DNA of 64,000 nucleotides, from contig CBDETY010000003.1 of NCBI GenBank assembly GCA_965243025.1, positions 1,376,001-1,440,000 on the forward strand, read 5' to 3'. Every line of letters begins with the position of its first letter. The first letter of the stretch is position 1. Source of the DNA: Candidatus Latescibacterota bacterium. Its GTDB lineage: Bacteria; Latescibacterota; UBA2968; UBA8231. Under the pieces are notes generated by a model, which saw only the letters and a program-made list of their open reading frames with translations, made no database searches and had not been told where the DNA came from. Position numbers and translations under genes: made by a program. Below, piece by piece: positions 18,718 through 31,865 of this stretch.

Positions 18718-19419
18718 GTGCCCAAGCGAAGCAAGAGGTACAAGCAGGCTGCCGCCGCCTACGACAAGCGCGATATGGTGGCACTCGACGCAGCAATCAG
18801 GATGATCCAGTCCTTTCCCAAACGCGGATTCGACGAGTCGGTCGAGTTGTCCTTCAATCTCGGAATCGACGGTCGGCAGGCCGATCAATCGATTCGCGGT
18901 ACGGTGATGTTACCCCACGGGACCGGCAAGGAAATCAGAGTCGTGGTCATCACCCAAGGGGAACTTGTGAAGGAAGCATCTGACGCCGGGGCGGACTTCG
19001 TTGGCGGTTCGGATATCGTCGAAAAGATTCAAAACGGATGGCTTGACTTCGATCTCGCAATTGCATCCCCCGACATGATGGGGCAAGTTGGAAAACTCGG
19101 CAGGATCCTAGGTCCGAGAGGGATGATGCCGAACCCCAAGACCGGGACGGTGACCCGTACAATTGCTCAGGCAGTCAGGGAGTCCAAGGCAGGTCGAATA
19201 GAGTATCGCGCCGACAGCAAATCGGGCAACAACGCGCAGGCTCCGATCGGCAAACTTTCTTTTTCGGAATCGGATTTGTTCGCCAATGCCAAGGCTTTCT
19301 CGGAGGCCATCCTGCGAAGCAGACCGGCTTCGGCAAAGGGGCAGTTTATCAAAAAGGCGGTCATTTCCTCAACCATGGGTCCCGGAATACGGGTCGACCC
19401 TTCATCCATCTCTCTGTAA
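18718..19419 (+). CDS. rplA: 50S ribosomal protein L1
   Basis: [40 protein letters not shown]. Confidence 0.98.
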   Translation: MPKRSKRYKQAAAAYDKRDMVALDAAIRMIQSFPKRGFDESVELSFNLGIDGRQADQSIRGTVMLPHGTGKEIRVVVITQGELVKEASDAGADFVGGSDIVEKIQNGWLDFDLAIASPDMMGQVGKLGRILGPRGMMPNPKTGTVTRTIAQAVRESKAGRIEYRADSKSGNNAQAPIGKLSFSESDLFANAKAFSEAILRSRPASAKGQFIKKAVISSTMGPGIRVDPSSISL

Positions 19420-19467
19420 GCAGGGAGGCCCTTTAGACAGGGCCCGAGAGGATTCAGCAGGGAACCG

Positions 19468-20007
19468 ATGCCGACAGAAGCAAAGAGGGAGTCAGTCGCC
19501 AGCCTGTCGCGGAAGATGTCGGAGGCCAAATCCATCTTCCTCGCCGATTTCACCGGTGTCGACGTCGAATCCGTGACGCGACTGCGGCGTTCTCTCCGAG
19601 GCGCTTCGGTGGAATATCAGGTCGTCAAAAACCGGCTTGCCAAACTGGCCGTGGAGGATGCCGGGCTGGAGGGCTTGGGTGACTTCCTGAAGGGTCCCAC
19701 GGCTTTGGCTTTCGCCCTTGAGGATCCTGTTGCGCCGGCAAAAATATTGCAGCAGTTCATCGACGACGGCGGCAGCCTGGCCATCAAGAGTGGTTACCTG
19801 GATGGACAGGTGCTGACTGCCGACCGGGTTGTGGAGCTGTCCAAACTGCCCTCGCGCGAGGAATTGCTCGGTAAGGTGGTTGGCTCGGTACAGAGTCCGA
19901 TTCACGGCCTCGGCTTCACCCTGACCGGTTTGCTGCGCAGCGTAATCGGAGCGTTGTCGGCCATTGAAGAACAGAAGCGCAACGATCAATCGACAGACAA
20001 CCCATGA
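19468..20007 (+). CDS. rplJ: 50S ribosomal protein L10
   Basis: [29 protein letters not shown]. Confidence 0.96.
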   Translation: MPTEAKRESVASLSRKMSEAKSIFLADFTGVDVESVTRLRRSLRGASVEYQVVKNRLAKLAVEDAGLEGLGDFLKGPTALAFALEDPVAPAKILQQFIDDGGSLAIKSGYLDGQVLTADRVVELSKLPSREELLGKVVGSVQSPIHGLGFTLTGLLRSVIGALSAIEEQKRNDQSTDNP

Positions 20008-20023
20008 TGGAGGATCATCGACA

Positions 20024-20425
20024 ATGAGCGAAGAGGCAACTCTGAGCCCGAAGATTGAAGAAATCATCGAGACCGTTGGCAGTCTCACGGTGTTGGAGCT
20101 CGCAGAACTGGTGAAGGCCCTGGAGGAGAAGTTCGGCGTATCTGCCGCTGCCCCGGTGATGGTGGCAGGTGCTCCCGCCGACGGCGCTGATGTCCCAGAC
20201 GCTGTCGAAGAGAAAGACTCCTTCGATGTCGTGCTGACCAGTGCCGGAGACAAGAAAATCCAGGTAATCAAGGTAGTTCGGGAGATTACCAGTCTTGGAC
20301 TGAAGGAGGCCAAGGCCCTTGTCGACGAAGCGCCGAAGGCGGTGAAGGAGGGCGTCACCAAGCAGGAGGCCGAGGAGATTCAGACCAAACTCTCTGAAGT
20401 GGGCGGTACAGTGGAAATCCAGTAA
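20024..20425 (+). CDS. rplL: 50S ribosomal protein L7/L12
   Basis: [39 protein letters not shown]. Confidence 0.97.
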   Translation: MSEEATLSPKIEEIIETVGSLTVLELAELVKALEEKFGVSAAAPVMVAGAPADGADVPDAVEEKDSFDVVLTSAGDKKIQVIKVVREITSLGLKEAKALVDEAPKAVKEGVTKQEAEEIQTKLSEVGGTVEIQ

Positions 20426-20656
20426 GGCAGGTGTCCCAGCGGTTGCCCCCTTTAAAGTGATTCCCCACGGTTGCCGGAGTTGCACGCCCATAATCGGCCC
20501 TGCGACCCGGCATCGTTCAAGCGACATTACCCGGCATTGCATTCCTTTCCTTTGGAGGTGCGGACGGCTGACTGCGCCTGTGAGCACCAATCTGCGAGCT
20601 GCCCGAATGTTGGGTAACCTGTATCCGGCCATCTACCTCTAAGAGGAGGTCCAGCC

Positions 20657-23600
20657 TTGAGTGGAAATAACAACGGCGGTATCGACAGACAGTCCTTTGG
20701 AAAGATCCAGGAAGTCGTCGCCATGCCGAATCTGCTCGAAGTGCAGATCGAGTCCTATCGGTCCTTTCTGCAACTCGAAACACATCCCAACAAGCGACAG
20801 CGGCGAGGACTGCATCTTGTCTTCGAAAGCATTTTTCCCATTTCGGACGCGCAAAACATTTTCACCCTTGAATACGTCGATTACTCGATCGGAAATCCCC
20901 GCTACAGCGTCGAGGAGTGCCGGGAAAGAGGAATGACGTTTGCAGCGCCGTTGAGAGCCACCTTGCGGCTTGTGACCCGGGACAAGGACAGTCCGGAAAA
21001 ACCGGTCAAGGACATTGTGGAGCAGTCGGTGTTTCTCGGAGAGCTTCCACTGATGACGGAACAGGGCACTTTCGTTATCAACGGCGCGGAACGCGTCGTG
21101 GTCAGCCAGCTGCACCGTTCACCAGGAGTGTTTTTCGACGAGACGATGCATCCTAACGGCAAGCGACTGTTCTCCGCCCGCATTCTGCCTTCCAAGGGGC
21201 CATGGCTCGAGTTCAGTATGGACATAAACGACATCATGTATGTTCACATTGATCGCCGCCGCAAGCTGCCGGTAACTCTACTTCTGCGGGCGCTCGGATT
21301 TTCCAGGAACGGGGAGGTGCTTTCCCTTTTCCGCGAAGAGGCGCAAGAGGAGGTTGGAGAAGAAATCATCGGTCGCTGCCTGGGCGGTGAAGACCTTGTG
21401 AACAGGGACACCGGCGAGGTGATCGCGGAGGCATACGGGGAGGTTACTGAAGAAATCCTCGAGGCGCTGAAGGAAAACGGCTTCAGTGCCGTCAGCTTGC
21501 TGGCCGGACCGGACCCGAACGATCCCGGAGTTCTGGAAAACACCCTGAGGAAAGATCCCAGCGAAAGCGAAGAAGATGCTCTTACCCGCATCTACAATCT
21601 GTTACGCCCCGGTGATCCCCCGAACATAGAGACTGCCCGCGGTTTGCTGGATCGTCTGTTTTTTCACGCCAAGCGATACAACCTGGGCGATGTCGGCCGC
21701 CACCGAATAAACAGCCGGTTGGAGCTCGAAGTACCGGTCGAAAGTACTATCCTTCACTTGGAAGACTTCATGTGCATTATCAACTACCTGTTGGAGTTGC
21801 GCATTGGCCAGGGATTTACCGACGACATCGACCATCTGGGCAATCGCCGTGTTCGACTTGTCGGGGAACTCCTGGCAAACCAGTTCAGCATCGGCTTGAC
21901 GCGGATGTCGCGTACGATCCGGGAGCGGATGAACCTCAAAGATGAAGAACAGATAACCCCGCACGATCTCGTCAACGCGCGCACCGTGTCTACTGTAGTG
22001 CAGGCTTTTTTCGGAAGCAGCCAGCTTTCCCAGTTCATGCAACAGAACAACCCTCTGGACGAACTGACCCATAAGCGACGCCTGAGCGCTCTGGGGCCGG
22101 GCGGTTTGAGTCGTGATCGCGCAGGTTTCGAGGTGCGCGACGTTCACTATACCCACTACGGCCGCATCTGTCCGATCGAGACTCCGGAAGGCCCGAACAT
22201 TGGCTTGATTTCTTCTCTGAGCACGTTCGCCCGCGTAAACTCCTTCGGTTTCCTGGAGACACCCTACCGCAAGGTCGTGAACGGCAGAGCGACCCAGGAG
22301 ATCGAGTTTCTTTCCGCGGATCAGGAAGACCGCTTCACGATTGCCCAAGCGAACGAAATCGTGGACGAAAACGGACAGTTTGCGAACTCCCTGGTCAAGG
22401 CTCGCCAACGCGACGACTATCCGATGGTACCTCCCGAAGAAACCCAGTATATGGATGTTTCTCCAAAGCAATTGGTCAGTGCCGCCGCGGCCTTGATCCC
22501 GTTTCTTGAGCACGACGATGCAAACAGGGCACTCATGGGCTCCAACATGCAGCGCCAGGCGGTGCCCTTGTTGTTTACCGAGGCCCCCCTCGTCGGCACC
22601 GGAATGGAAGAAAAGGTCGCTCGCGATTCCGGCGCCGTAATCCTGGCACGCAACCCGGGGAAAGTCCTGTCGGTCAATTCCGACCGTATGGTCGTAGAGC
22701 GTGACAAGAGCAGCAGTACACCGCTTTCGCCCCTCGACACCGCGGACGCGGACGAGTACAAGCTCATCAAGTTCAGCCGCAGCAACCAGGACTGCTGTAT
22801 CAACCAGCGGCCGGTCGTGAACGTCGGAGACAATGTCTCCAAGGGGCAGGTGATTGCCGATGGCCCCGCTACGGACTCAGGCGACCTCGCTTTGGGTATG
22901 AACGTTCTGGTCGCTTTCATGCCCTGGAACGGCTACAACTTCGAGGATGCAATCGTCATCAGCGAGCGGCTGTTGAAAAAAGATGTGTTCACCTCGGTTC
23001 ATATCGAGGAATTCGAACTTCAGGTGCGCGACACCAAGCGGGGGCAGGAGGAGATTACACGCGAGATTCCGAACGTCAGTGAGCAGGCTGTGCGCAACCT
23101 CGACGAGGAAGGTATCGTGCGGATCGGAGCCGAGGTCGGCCCTGGGGACATTCTCGTGGGCAAGGTGACGCCCAAGGGGGAGACGGAACTGTCGCCGGAA
23201 GAGCGGCTTCTGCGAGCCATTTTCGGGGAGAAGGCCGGAGACGTTCGCGATGCCTCTCTCAAGGCCCCTCCGGGCATGGAAGGGGTCGTCATCGGCCGCA
23301 AGGTTTTTTCGCGCAAGGACCGCGGGGATGCGTCACGCAAGAAAGAGAAGGCGGAGATTGCCGAAATGCGTGCAGAAGCGGTAGCGAAAGGCAAGAGTCT
23401 GGGCGATGAACGGGACCGTCAGCTCGTCGAGCTGCTGCGCCATCACAAACTCAATACTCTGCTCAGCAAGGATGATAACAGCGTCGTCGTCCGCGAGGGC
23501 ACTCAGATCAGCGCACGACTGCTGGAGCAGGTTGATTTTTCAACCCTGACCGCCGGTCAGGGATGGACCGAAAACCAGTCGGTAAGCGACAGCGTTGACA

Positions 23601-24448
23601 CTCTGCTGCGCTATACTGCCGAACAGATCCAGCTGGTCGAGGAGCAGACAGAGAGGGCCATCGAGCGGTTGACTCGAGGGGACGAACTGCCCCCCGGCAT
23701 TATCCAGCTGGTCAAGGTGCACGTCGCCAAGAAGCGGAAGCTGTCCGTGGGCGACAAGATGGCGGGGCGTCATGGTAACAAAGGTGTCGTCGCCGCCATC
23801 GTTCCCGAAGAGGACATGCCCTATCTCGAGGACGGCACCCCCGTGGACATCGTTCTCAATCCTCTCGGAGTACCATCCCGTATGAATCTGGGGCAGATTT
23901 TCGAAACGCACCTCGGGTGGGCGGCCGAGGCCCTTGGCCTGCATGTGGCCACTCCCGTGTTCGATGGCGCCTCGCTCGAGGAAGTCAAGGTGATGCTTAA
24001 CGAAGCCGGGTTGCCGGAAGACGGCAAGGCAAACCTGTTCGATGGCCGTACGGGAAAATTGCTGGATAAACGCGTGACCGTGGGGTTCATCTACATGCTC
24101 AAGCTCACCCACCTGGTTGCAGACAAGATCCATGCCCGTTCGATCGGACCTTATTCCCTGGTCACCCAGCAGCCGCTGGGCGGCAAGGCACAGTTCGGCG
24201 GACAGCGCTTCGGAGAAATGGAAGTATGGGCCCTTGAGGCATATGGGTCGGCATATACACTGCAGGAAATGCTCACTGTAAAGTCTGACGATGTTGCGGG
24301 CAGGTCGCGCATCTACGAGGCGATCGTCAAGGGCGAGAATCCGCCGGAGCCGGGCATTCCGGAGTCGTTCAACGTGTTGGTCAAGGAGCTTCAGAGTCTT
24401 TGTCTCGACGTGATTCTGGAGGACAGCATGGTATCCGAAACTTACTGA
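20657..24448 (+). CDS. rpoB: RNA polymerase beta subunit
   Basis: [38 protein letters not shown] start with GAGGAGG SD. Confidence 0.99.
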   Translation: MSGNNNGGIDRQSFGKIQEVVAMPNLLEVQIESYRSFLQLETHPNKRQRRGLHLVFESIFPISDAQNIFTLEYVDYSIGNPRYSVEECRERGMTFAAPLRATLRLVTRDKDSPEKPVKDIVEQSVFLGELPLMTEQGTFVINGAERVVVSQLHRSPGVFFDETMHPNGKRLFSARILPSKGPWLEFSMDINDIMYVHIDRRRKLPVTLLLRALGFSRNGEVLSLFREEAQEEVGEEIIGRCLGGEDLVNRDTGEVIAEAYGEVTEEILEALKENGFSAVSLLAGPDPNDPGVLENTLRKDPSESEEDALTRIYNLLRPGDPPNIETARGLLDRLFFHAKRYNLGDVGRHRINSRLELEVPVESTILHLEDFMCIINYLLELRIGQGFTDDIDHLGNRRVRLVGELLANQFSIGLTRMSRTIRERMNLKDEEQITPHDLVNARTVSTVVQAFFGSSQLSQFMQQNNPLDELTHKRRLSALGPGGLSRDRAGFEVRDVHYTHYGRICPIETPEGPNIGLISSLSTFARVNSFGFLETPYRKVVNGRATQEIEFLSADQEDRFTIAQANEIVDENGQFANSLVKARQRDDYPMVPPEETQYMDVSPKQLVSAAAALIPFLEHDDANRALMGSNMQRQAVPLLFTEAPLVGTGMEEKVARDSGAVILARNPGKVLSVNSDRMVVERDKSSSTPLSPLDTADADEYKLIKFSRSNQDCCINQRPVVNVGDNVSKGQVIADGPATDSGDLALGMNVLVAFMPWNGYNFEDAIVISERLLKKDVFTSVHIEEFELQVRDTKRGQEEITREIPNVSEQAVRNLDEEGIVRIGAEVGPGDILVGKVTPKGETELSPEERLLRAIFGEKAGDVRDASLKAPPGMEGVVIGRKVFSRKDRGDASRKKEKAEIAEMRAEAVAKGKSLGDERDRQLVELLRHHKLNTLLSKDDNSVVVREGTQISARLLEQVDFSTLTAGQGWTENQSVSDSVDTLLRYTAEQIQLVEEQTERAIERLTRGDELPPGIIQLVKVHVAKKRKLSVGDKMAGRHGNKGVVAAIVPEEDMPYLEDGTPVDIVLNPLGVPSRMNLGQIFETHLGWAAEALGLHVATPVFDGASLEEVKVMLNEAGLPEDGKANLFDGRTGKLLDKRVTVGFIYMLKLTHLVADKIHARSIGPYSLVTQQPLGGKAQFGGQRFGEMEVWALEAYGSAYTLQEMLTVKSDDVAGRSRIYEAIVKGENPPEPGIPESFNVLVKELQSLCLDVILEDSMVSETY

Positions 24449-24533
24449 TTGGCTCGCTGATTTCGCGAGACTGCAAAAACTCGAAATCGTGACAGTCCGG
24501 TAGCACTCGACCTTTCTCAAAAGGGAGCCCAAC

Positions 24534-27500
24534 GTGATCAAGATGACCAACTCTCGCAAGCCGACGGACTTCGACTCGATCCGCATTCAGCTCGCGTCGC
24601 CCGACACCATCAGGTCCTGGTCGCACGGGGAGGTTACGAAACCGGAAACGATCAACTACAGGTCCTTCAAGCCGGAGCGGGACGGCCTTTTTTGCGAGCG
24701 CATCTTCGGACCTGTCAAGGATTGGACCTGCCACTGCGGGAAATACAAGGGAATTCGCTACCGCGGGGTTGTTTGCGATCGTTGTGGCGTCGAAGTCACC
24801 CAGGCCAAGGTCCGTCGTGAACGGCTCGGACACATCGAGCTCGCTGTTCCCGTTTCCCATATATGGTATTTCAAGTCGCTTCCGTCGCGTATCGGGGCGC
24901 TGTTGGACGTGTCGATGCGCAACCTCGAGCGCATCCTCTACTACGAGTCCTACGTGGTGATCGATCCCGGAGATTCTGACCTCGAGAGGATGGCTCTGCT
25001 GACTGAAGAGGAATTGATGGAAGTGCGGGAGCAGGGGAGCAACCCGATCGTTGGAATGGGAGCTCCGGTCGTTCAGGATTTGCTCGCCGACATAGATATC
25101 GAAGAACTCTCAGCGGAGCTGCGCGCCCGTGTGCGCATGGAAACATCGATCCAGCGGAAGCAGGAGGCGCTCAAGCGCCTGAAGGTAGTCGAGGCTTTCC
25201 GCCAGTCCGAGAACAGACCCCAGTGGATGATTCTCGACGTAATTCCGGTTATTCCGCCCGACCTGCGCCCTTTGGTTCCCCTCGAAGGGGGACGCTTTGC
25301 GACGTCCGATCTCAACGATTTGTACCGCCGGGTAATCAATCGCAACAACCGCCTCAAGAAGCTCATTGGCATAAAGGCTCCCGAGGTGATTTTGCGCAAT
25401 GAGAAGCGAATGCTTCAGGAAGCGGTTGACGCCCTGTTCGACAACGGTCGCCGTTCCCGCGCGGTCCGTGGTGACGGCAACCGCTCACTCAAGTCCCTGA
25501 GCGATCTGTTAAAGGGGAAACAGGGGCGTTTTCGGCAGAACCTGCTTGGGAAACGCGTCGATTACTCAGGCCGTTCCGTGATCGTTGTGGGACCGGAGCT
25601 CAAGCTGCACCAGTGCGGACTTCCCAAGGGGATGGCCTTGGAGCTTTTCAAGCCATTCGTGATTCGAAAGCTCGAGGAGAAAGGTCTGGTCCAGACAGTC
25701 AAAAGCGCAAAGAAGCTGGTGGAGAGGGAACGGCCTGAAGTCTGGGACATTCTCGAGGAGATCATCCAGGATCACTGCGTCCTCCTGAATCGTGCCCCGA
25801 CGCTTCACCGTCTCGGCATCCAGGCATTCCAGCCGATTCTCGTCGAAGGCAAAGCCGTCCAGTTGCATCCATTGGTTTGCGCTGCCTTCAACGCCGATTT
25901 CGATGGCGACCAGATGGCGGTCCACGTTCCGCTTTCGTTCGAGTCCCAGATCGAGGCGCGGCTGTTGATGTTGTCTTCGCAGAATCTGCTCAAGCCGGCA
26001 GACGGCGAACCGGTAATTATGATGGACCCGAAGGACATCGTTCTTGGCAGCTACTACCTCACCAAGGTCCGTTTCAGCGCCGCCGACAAAGTAGAGCGCC
26101 GTTTCTCCAGCCCGACCGAGGCGATCGCGGCCTTCGACAGCGAGCGCATCGGCATGCACCAGCCGATCAAGGTTCGCGTCAAAGGGAATCTTGTCGATAC
26201 CACCGTTGGAAGACTGATCTTCAACGAAGCGATACCCCCGGAAATGGAATTCGTCAATCAGAACATCGAGAAAGGCGACATCAAGAAGATCACCGGAGAG
26301 GTTTACCGGGTGATGGGCAATCGCCGTACCGCCGAGTTCGTCGATGATTTGAAACACCTTGGCTACAGCCACGCAACACTTGCCGGGGTTACCGTCTCCG
26401 TTGACGATGTCGTCGTCCCGGCGGAAAAGGACGAAATCATCAACGACGCCCTGAGCGAGGTCGAAAAGGTGCGCGAGCAGTACGCCAACGGCATTATTAC
26501 CGATGGTGAGCGCTACAACAAGATCATCGACATCTGGACGCACGCCACTTCCTCGGTATCCCGCGCGGTTCAGGGAGCACTTGAAGATGCCGAGGAGGGG
26601 TTCAATTCGGTCTTCATCATGAAGGATTCCGGCGCCCGGGGGAGCGAGGACCAGATCAAGCAACTGGGCGGCATGCGCGGTCTGATGAACAAACCCCAGA
26701 AGAAACTTACGGGAGCAGTCGGTGAGATCATCGAGACGCCGATAATCGCCTCGCTCAAAGAGGGTCTCTCCGTTCTCGAGTATTTCATCTCGACACACGG
26801 AGCTCGAAAGGGGCTGGCCGACACTGCGCTGAAGACGGCCGAGGCTGGATACCTGACCCGCCGCATGGTCGATGTGGCCCAGGATGTGGTGGTGAGCGAA
26901 GAAGACTGTGGAACCGGGCAAGGCCTGTGGATCGGCGCCCTGAAGGACGGCGAGGAGATCGTCGAACCTCTGGCCGACCGCATCCTCGGCCGCGTCCTTC
27001 TGGAGGACGTCGTTGAAGCCGATGACAGCGTCGTTGTGGAAGCCGGCAGCCTGCTCGAAGAAGAAGACGCCAATCGAATCGCCCAGACCGGGACCGACCG
27101 GGTGCGCATCCGTTCGGTCCTGACCTGCGAGTCGGAACGCGGTGTTTGCGCAAAGTGCTACGGCCGCAACCTGGCTACCGGAAAGATCGTGAATGTGGGG
27201 GAAGCGGTTGGCGTAATCGCAGCGCAGAGTATCGGGGAGCCGGGCACGCAGCTGACCTTGCGCACCTTCCACATCGGAGGCACGGCCAGCCGTATCGCGG
27301 AACAATCCCAGATCAACGCCCGCCGCAACGGCACCGTGCAATTCACCAACATCGTTACTGTCGACCACCCCGACCTCGGGCCTGTGGTGGTCGGCCGCAA
27401 CGGAGTGATCGAGTTGCGCGACCAGCAGAATCGTGGACGCGGTACCGTGAGTGTTCCCTACGGGGCAAGTCTGAAAGTGGCTGACGGCGAGTTCGTCGAC

Positions 27501-28637
27501 GCCTCGCAGGTGCTGTACGAATGGGACCCTTACAATCACGGAATCGTTGCCGACCGGGCCGGACGGATCCGGTTCACCGACATTGTCGAAGAGGTCACCT
27601 TGCGGGATGAATTCGACGAAACCACTGGTATGACCGCCCGTGTCATCGTCGAACAGCGCGACCGTTCGTTGAGTCCCCAGCTGGAGGTGGTGTCTCCCGA
27701 GGAGGGAACCAGGTCATTCATCATCCCGGTCGGCGCCCGCCTCCTGGTCGGTGACGGTGACGAGGTTCCGGCCGGGACGGTCCTGGTCAAGATTCCCCGC
27801 GAGCGCACCAAGACGCGGGATATCACCGGCGGTCTTCCCCGGGTCGCCGAGCTGTTCGAAGCCAGGCGCCCCAAGGAGCCGGCGGTGATTTCGGAGATCG
27901 ATGGTGGTGTTTCGTTCGGCGGCATGGTACGCGGAAATCGCGAGGTGCTCGTGGCTTCCCCCGAGGGCGAGGAACGCAAGTATCTGGTGCCCTACGGCAA
28001 ACATCTGCGGGTGCAGGAGGGAGATCAGATCGAGGCCGGAGAGCGGCTGTCTGAAGGTGCGGTCAATCCCCACGACATCCTCCAGGTCCAGGGTGTTCAC
28101 ATGGTTCAGGAGTATCTTGTGAACGAGATCCAGGACGTATATCGCTTGCAGGCGGTTGAAATTAACGACAAACATATCGAAGTCATTGTCCGCCAGATGC
28201 TGCAAAAAGTGCGGGTTCTCGATCCTGGGGATACCAACTTTCTCGAGGGAGAGGAAGTCGACAAGATCAGGTTCAACAGGGAAAACGACAAAGTCATTTC
28301 AGACGGTGGCGACCCGGCAACCTGTCAGCCGATCCTGCTCGGTATCACACGTGCCTCGTTGCGCACGGACAGCTTCATTTCCGCCGCCTCGTTTCAGGAA
28401 ACGACGCGGGTGCTTACCGAGGCCGCGGTTCAGGGCAAGGTCGACCACCTCCGGGGACTCAAGGAAAACGTGATTATCGGACGGTTGATCCCCGCAGGAA
28501 CAGGCACCTCCATGTATCGAACGATATCCTACACGGACCTCGAACCAGAATTCGATGAGATTTCCGAAACTGGCGGAAACGGCGAGGCGCTTGACAGCGA
28601 TTTCCGAGCCGAAGAGGTGACAGTTCTCAGCGAATGA
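24534..28637 (+). CDS. rpoC: RNA polymerase beta' subunit
   Basis: NADFDGD catalytic motif, [18 protein letters not shown]. Confidence 0.99.
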   Translation: MIKMTNSRKPTDFDSIRIQLASPDTIRSWSHGEVTKPETINYRSFKPERDGLFCERIFGPVKDWTCHCGKYKGIRYRGVVCDRCGVEVTQAKVRRERLGHIELAVPVSHIWYFKSLPSRIGALLDVSMRNLERILYYESYVVIDPGDSDLERMALLTEEELMEVREQGSNPIVGMGAPVVQDLLADIDIEELSAELRARVRMETSIQRKQEALKRLKVVEAFRQSENRPQWMILDVIPVIPPDLRPLVPLEGGRFATSDLNDLYRRVINRNNRLKKLIGIKAPEVILRNEKRMLQEAVDALFDNGRRSRAVRGDGNRSLKSLSDLLKGKQGRFRQNLLGKRVDYSGRSVIVVGPELKLHQCGLPKGMALELFKPFVIRKLEEKGLVQTVKSAKKLVERERPEVWDILEEIIQDHCVLLNRAPTLHRLGIQAFQPILVEGKAVQLHPLVCAAFNADFDGDQMAVHVPLSFESQIEARLLMLSSQNLLKPADGEPVIMMDPKDIVLGSYYLTKVRFSAADKVERRFSSPTEAIAAFDSERIGMHQPIKVRVKGNLVDTTVGRLIFNEAIPPEMEFVNQNIEKGDIKKITGEVYRVMGNRRTAEFVDDLKHLGYSHATLAGVTVSVDDVVVPAEKDEIINDALSEVEKVREQYANGIITDGERYNKIIDIWTHATSSVSRAVQGALEDAEEGFNSVFIMKDSGARGSEDQIKQLGGMRGLMNKPQKKLTGAVGEIIETPIIASLKEGLSVLEYFISTHGARKGLADTALKTAEAGYLTRRMVDVAQDVVVSEEDCGTGQGLWIGALKDGEEIVEPLADRILGRVLLEDVVEADDSVVVEAGSLLEEEDANRIAQTGTDRVRIRSVLTCESERGVCAKCYGRNLATGKIVNVGEAVGVIAAQSIGEPGTQLTLRTFHIGGTASRIAEQSQINARRNGTVQFTNIVTVDHPDLGPVVVGRNGVIELRDQQNRGRGTVSVPYGASLKVADGEFVDASQVLYEWDPYNHGIVADRAGRIRFTDIVEEVTLRDEFDETTGMTARVIVEQRDRSLSPQLEVVSPEEGTRSFIIPVGARLLVGDGDEVPAGTVLVKIPRERTKTRDITGGLPRVAELFEARRPKEPAVISEIDGGVSFGGMVRGNREVLVASPEGEERKYLVPYGKHLRVQEGDQIEAGERLSEGAVNPHDILQVQGVHMVQEYLVNEIQDVYRLQAVEINDKHIEVIVRQMLQKVRVLDPGDTNFLEGEEVDKIRFNRENDKVISDGGDPATCQPILLGITRASLRTDSFISAASFQETTRVLTEAAVQGKVDHLRGLKENVIIGRLIPAGTGTSMYRTISYTDLEPEFDEISETGGNGEALDSDFRAEEVTVLSE

Positions 28638-28669
28638 ATGCAAGGCTCAGCCGGAAACAAGAGAAGCTG

Positions 28670-28698
28670 TTGACTCATACAATTATTGTGATTAGCTT
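28670..28698 (+). promoter_or_regulatory. sigma70-type promoter of the str operon
   Basis: TTGACT-N17-TAGCTT. Confidence 0.6.
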
Positions 28699-28866
28699 TT
28701 GAGTTTATCAAAAAAACCGGCTTTTTGCATCAACAGGAAGCCGCCTGTTCCGGTTCCCTTCCCTGAATTGCGGTGGAGGGGGAAGGGGACAGACGGCTTT
28801 CCATTGCAGGCTGAACGCCATCGCTTTCTTCAAATCGCTCGATAAGACACGAACGACCTAAAAAGA

Positions 28867-29238
28867 TTGCCAACCATCAATCAACTGGTCCGCAAGGGCC
28901 GCAAGAAACTGTCAAAACGCCGGGATGCTCCAGCCCTGCAGGGCTGCCCACAGCGGCGCGGGGTGTGCACGCGTGTATACACTACGACTCCAAAAAAACC
29001 TAACTCCGCCTTGAGAAAAATGGCGCGCGTTCGGCTTACCACAGGCCAGGAAGTTGCCGCTTACATCCCCGGTGAGGGAAATAATCTCCAGGAGCACTCG
29101 ATCGTCCTGGTGCGTGGAGGCAGGGTCAAGGATGTTCCCGGTGTCCGCTATCACATAATTCGGGGCGTCCTGGACACGAGCGGAGTTTCGGAGCGCAAGC
29201 AGAGCCGCTCGAAATACGGAGCGAGAAGGGAATCCTGA
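28867..29238 (+). CDS. rpsL: 30S ribosomal protein S12
   Basis: [25 protein letters not shown]. Confidence 0.98.
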   Translation: MPTINQLVRKGRKKLSKRRDAPALQGCPQRRGVCTRVYTTTPKKPNSALRKMARVRLTTGQEVAAYIPGEGNNLQEHSIVLVRGGRVKDVPGVRYHIIRGVLDTSGVSERKQSRSKYGARRES

Positions 29239-29708
29239 TGTCGCGCAGGCGCCGGGCCGTCAAGCGTCAGATCCTTCCGGACCCGAAATACAACAGCGTA
29301 CTTGCGACCCGTTTCATCAACTGCCTGATGACAAGGGGAAAGAAGAGCGTTGCGGAGCGTATCTTTTACAACGCCGTGGAGATGGTTACCCGGAGATCTG
29401 ACCAGCAGGGAATCGACGTGTTCCTGAAGGCAGTGGAAAACTGCAAGCCGATTGTCATCACCAAATCCCGGCGGGTGGGATCGCAGACCTACCAGGTGCC
29501 CCTTGAAGTCCGTCCAGAGGAACGCACAACGCGTGCCATCAAGTGGCTCATCCGGTATGCCCGGGAACGCACCGAAAGGACAATGGCCGACCGGCTCGCC
29601 AACGAGCTTCTGGCGGCATCCAAAGGAGAAGGAGGGGCGGTGCGGGCGCGCGATGACGTTCACCGAATGGCCGAAGCCAACAAGGCGTTCGCCCATTACC
29701 GCTTCTAG
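29238..29708 (+). CDS. rpsG: 30S ribosomal protein S7
   Basis: [23 protein letters not shown]. Confidence 0.98.
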   Translation: MSRRRRAVKRQILPDPKYNSVLATRFINCLMTRGKKSVAERIFYNAVEMVTRRSDQQGIDVFLKAVENCKPIVITKSRRVGSQTYQVPLEVRPEERTTRAIKWLIRYARERTERTMADRLANELLAASKGEGGAVRARDDVHRMAEANKAFAHYRF

Positions 29709-29728
29709 GTCGGTTCAAACCAGCAACC

Positions 29729-31807
29729 ATGGCACGGAATTTCAGCATAGAGGCGACCCGAAACATCGGAATCGCCGCCCATATCGATGCGGGAAAGACG
29801 ACCACGACCGAGCGGATTCTGTACTATGCCGGGCGGCTGCACCGCATGGGAGAAGTCCATGACGGCACCACCGCCATGGACTGGATGGACCAGGAGCGCG
29901 AGCGTGGCATAACGATCACCTCCGCCGCTACCGCGTGCGCGTGGAAGGGCCACCAGATCAACATCATCGACACCCCGGGGCATGTCGATTTTACCGCCGA
30001 AGTCGAGCGTTCACTGAGAGTACTCGACGGTTCGATCGGCGTCTTTTGCGCCGTCGGCGGAGTCGAGCCCCAGTCCGAGACGGTCTGGCGACAGGCCGAC
30101 CGCTACCAGGTGCCCCGTATCGCATTTGTCAACAAGATGGATCGAAACGGGGCCGATTTTTTGCGTGTCCTCGAGATGCTGCACGAACGGCTCGGCAGCA
30201 ACTTTGTCCCGATTCAGCTCCCGATCGGTTCGGGTGAAACCTTCACCGGGCTGATCGACCTTATCGATATGAAGGCGACTACCTACGAAGAGATGTCGCT
30301 GGGGGCGAAGTTTCACGAAGGGGAGATCCCCGACGACCTGCTGCCTCAGGCCCTCAAGTACCGCGAAAAACTGCTCGAATCCGTTGCCGAGTTCGACGAC
30401 CACCTGCTCGAGAAATTTCTCGAAGGCCAGGAGGTCGCGCGCAGCGAGCTCCTCCCGGCGCTGCGGAAAGCGACGATTTCGTTGAAGGCCGTGCCCGTGG
30501 TTTGTGGAAGTGCCTTCCGCTACAAGGGAGTGCAGAAGCTCATCGACGCCGTCGTGGACCTGCTGCCGTCACCGGTCGACGTGCCGCCGGTTTCCGGAAC
30601 CGTGCCCCACGGGGAAGAGGTGGTGGAGCGGGTCGCCGGCGATGGCGAACCTTTCGCCGGCCTTGCGTTCAAAATAATGACCGATCCATTCGTCGGCAGG
30701 TTGTCCTTTGTCCGGGTCTATTCGGGCACCTTGGAAGCCGGGTCGTACATATACAACCCGGGAACCGGGAAACGGGAGCGGGTCTCGCGGCTTCTCGAGA
30801 TGCACGCAAACGACCGCACCGAGCGCAAGGCTGTTCACGCCGGCGATATCGTCGCCATTGTGGGATTGAAGGACACTACCACCGGCGATACGCTTTGCGA
30901 TGAAATGAACCCTCTTCTCCTCGAGAAGATCGAATTTGCGAAACCGGTCCTGCACGTAGCGGTCGAACCGAAAACCCGTGCTGATCAGGAGCAGCTGTTC
31001 GCCGCCCTCACCAAGCTCAGCGATGAAGACCCGACCTTTGTCGTGCGCATCGATGAGGAGACCGGGCAAACGGTCATTTCAGGAATGGGCGAATTGCACC
31101 TGGAGATCCTGATCGACCGTCTTTTCAGGGAGTTCAAAGTAGCGGCGAAAGTGGGCAAACCTCAGGTGGCATACAAAGAAGGCCTGGGACAGGCGGTGCA
31201 GGCTACCGGCCGATTCGTACGCCAAACCGGTGGCCGCGGGCAGTACGGTCACGTGGAAATCGAAATCGAGCCGGGCGAGCCTGGCAGCGGCATGGTCTTC
31301 GATTCGAAGATCAGCGGAGGCTCGATTCCGCGCGAATACATCTCCTCGGTTCAGCAAGGTATCCAGGAGGCGATGACGAGCGGGCCGATGGCGGGTTATC
31401 CCGTGGAGGACGCCAGGGTCTTTCTGGTCGATGGCTCCTACCACGAGGTCGACTCATCCGAAATGGCCTTCAAGGTGGCGGGGTCGATGGCCTTCAGGGA
31501 CGGGGCAAAGAAGGCGAAGCCGTTTCTGATGGAGCCTGTCATGGACCTCGAGGTGGTCGTCCCGGAGCAGTATCTCGGCGACGTGATCGGCGATCTGACT
31601 TCTCATCGCGGTGATATTCAGGGTGTCAACACGCGATCCGATGCCCAGGTAATCGCTTCGCAGATTCCCCTGTCGGAGGCTTTCGGTTACGCGACGCGCC
31701 TGAGGTCCCTTACGCAGGGCCGCGCCGTTTTCACCATGCAGTTTGCAAAGTACGAGAGGGTTCCGGCCCAGATCAGCGAGGAAATCGTAGATTCTGCGGG
31801 TCGATGA
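29729..31807 (+). CDS. fusA: Elongation factor G
   Basis: [31 protein letters not shown]. Confidence 0.98.
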   Translation: MARNFSIEATRNIGIAAHIDAGKTTTTERILYYAGRLHRMGEVHDGTTAMDWMDQERERGITITSAATACAWKGHQINIIDTPGHVDFTAEVERSLRVLDGSIGVFCAVGGVEPQSETVWRQADRYQVPRIAFVNKMDRNGADFLRVLEMLHERLGSNFVPIQLPIGSGETFTGLIDLIDMKATTYEEMSLGAKFHEGEIPDDLLPQALKYREKLLESVAEFDDHLLEKFLEGQEVARSELLPALRKATISLKAVPVVCGSAFRYKGVQKLIDAVVDLLPSPVDVPPVSGTVPHGEEVVERVAGDGEPFAGLAFKIMTDPFVGRLSFVRVYSGTLEAGSYIYNPGTGKRERVSRLLEMHANDRTERKAVHAGDIVAIVGLKDTTTGDTLCDEMNPLLLEKIEFAKPVLHVAVEPKTRADQEQLFAALTKLSDEDPTFVVRIDEETGQTVISGMGELHLEILIDRLFREFKVAAKVGKPQVAYKEGLGQAVQATGRFVRQTGGRGQYGHVEIEIEPGEPGSGMVFDSKISGGSIPREYISSVQQGIQEAMTSGPMAGYPVEDARVFLVDGSYHEVDSSEMAFKVAGSMAFRDGAKKAKPFLMEPVMDLEVVVPEQYLGDVIGDLTSHRGDIQGVNTRSDAQVIASQIPLSEAFGYATRLRSLTQGRAVFTMQFAKYERVPAQISEEIVDSAGR

Positions 31808-31865
31808 TCCGGCTCGCTCCGCACACCGATTCGAATGAGACAGAAAAAGGAGAGTTGAAAACGAC

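Noticed and set aside
19420-19467. Possible L10 leader before rplJ
   Set aside because: Only a 6-bp hairpin in 48 nt; the L10-leader consensus could not be recognised.
25566-27539. Long antisense ORFs over rpoC, tuf, secY and gldG (for example 657, 445, 517 and 717 aa)
   Set aside because: Shadow frames of GC-rich, codon-biased genes; no recognisable motifs.
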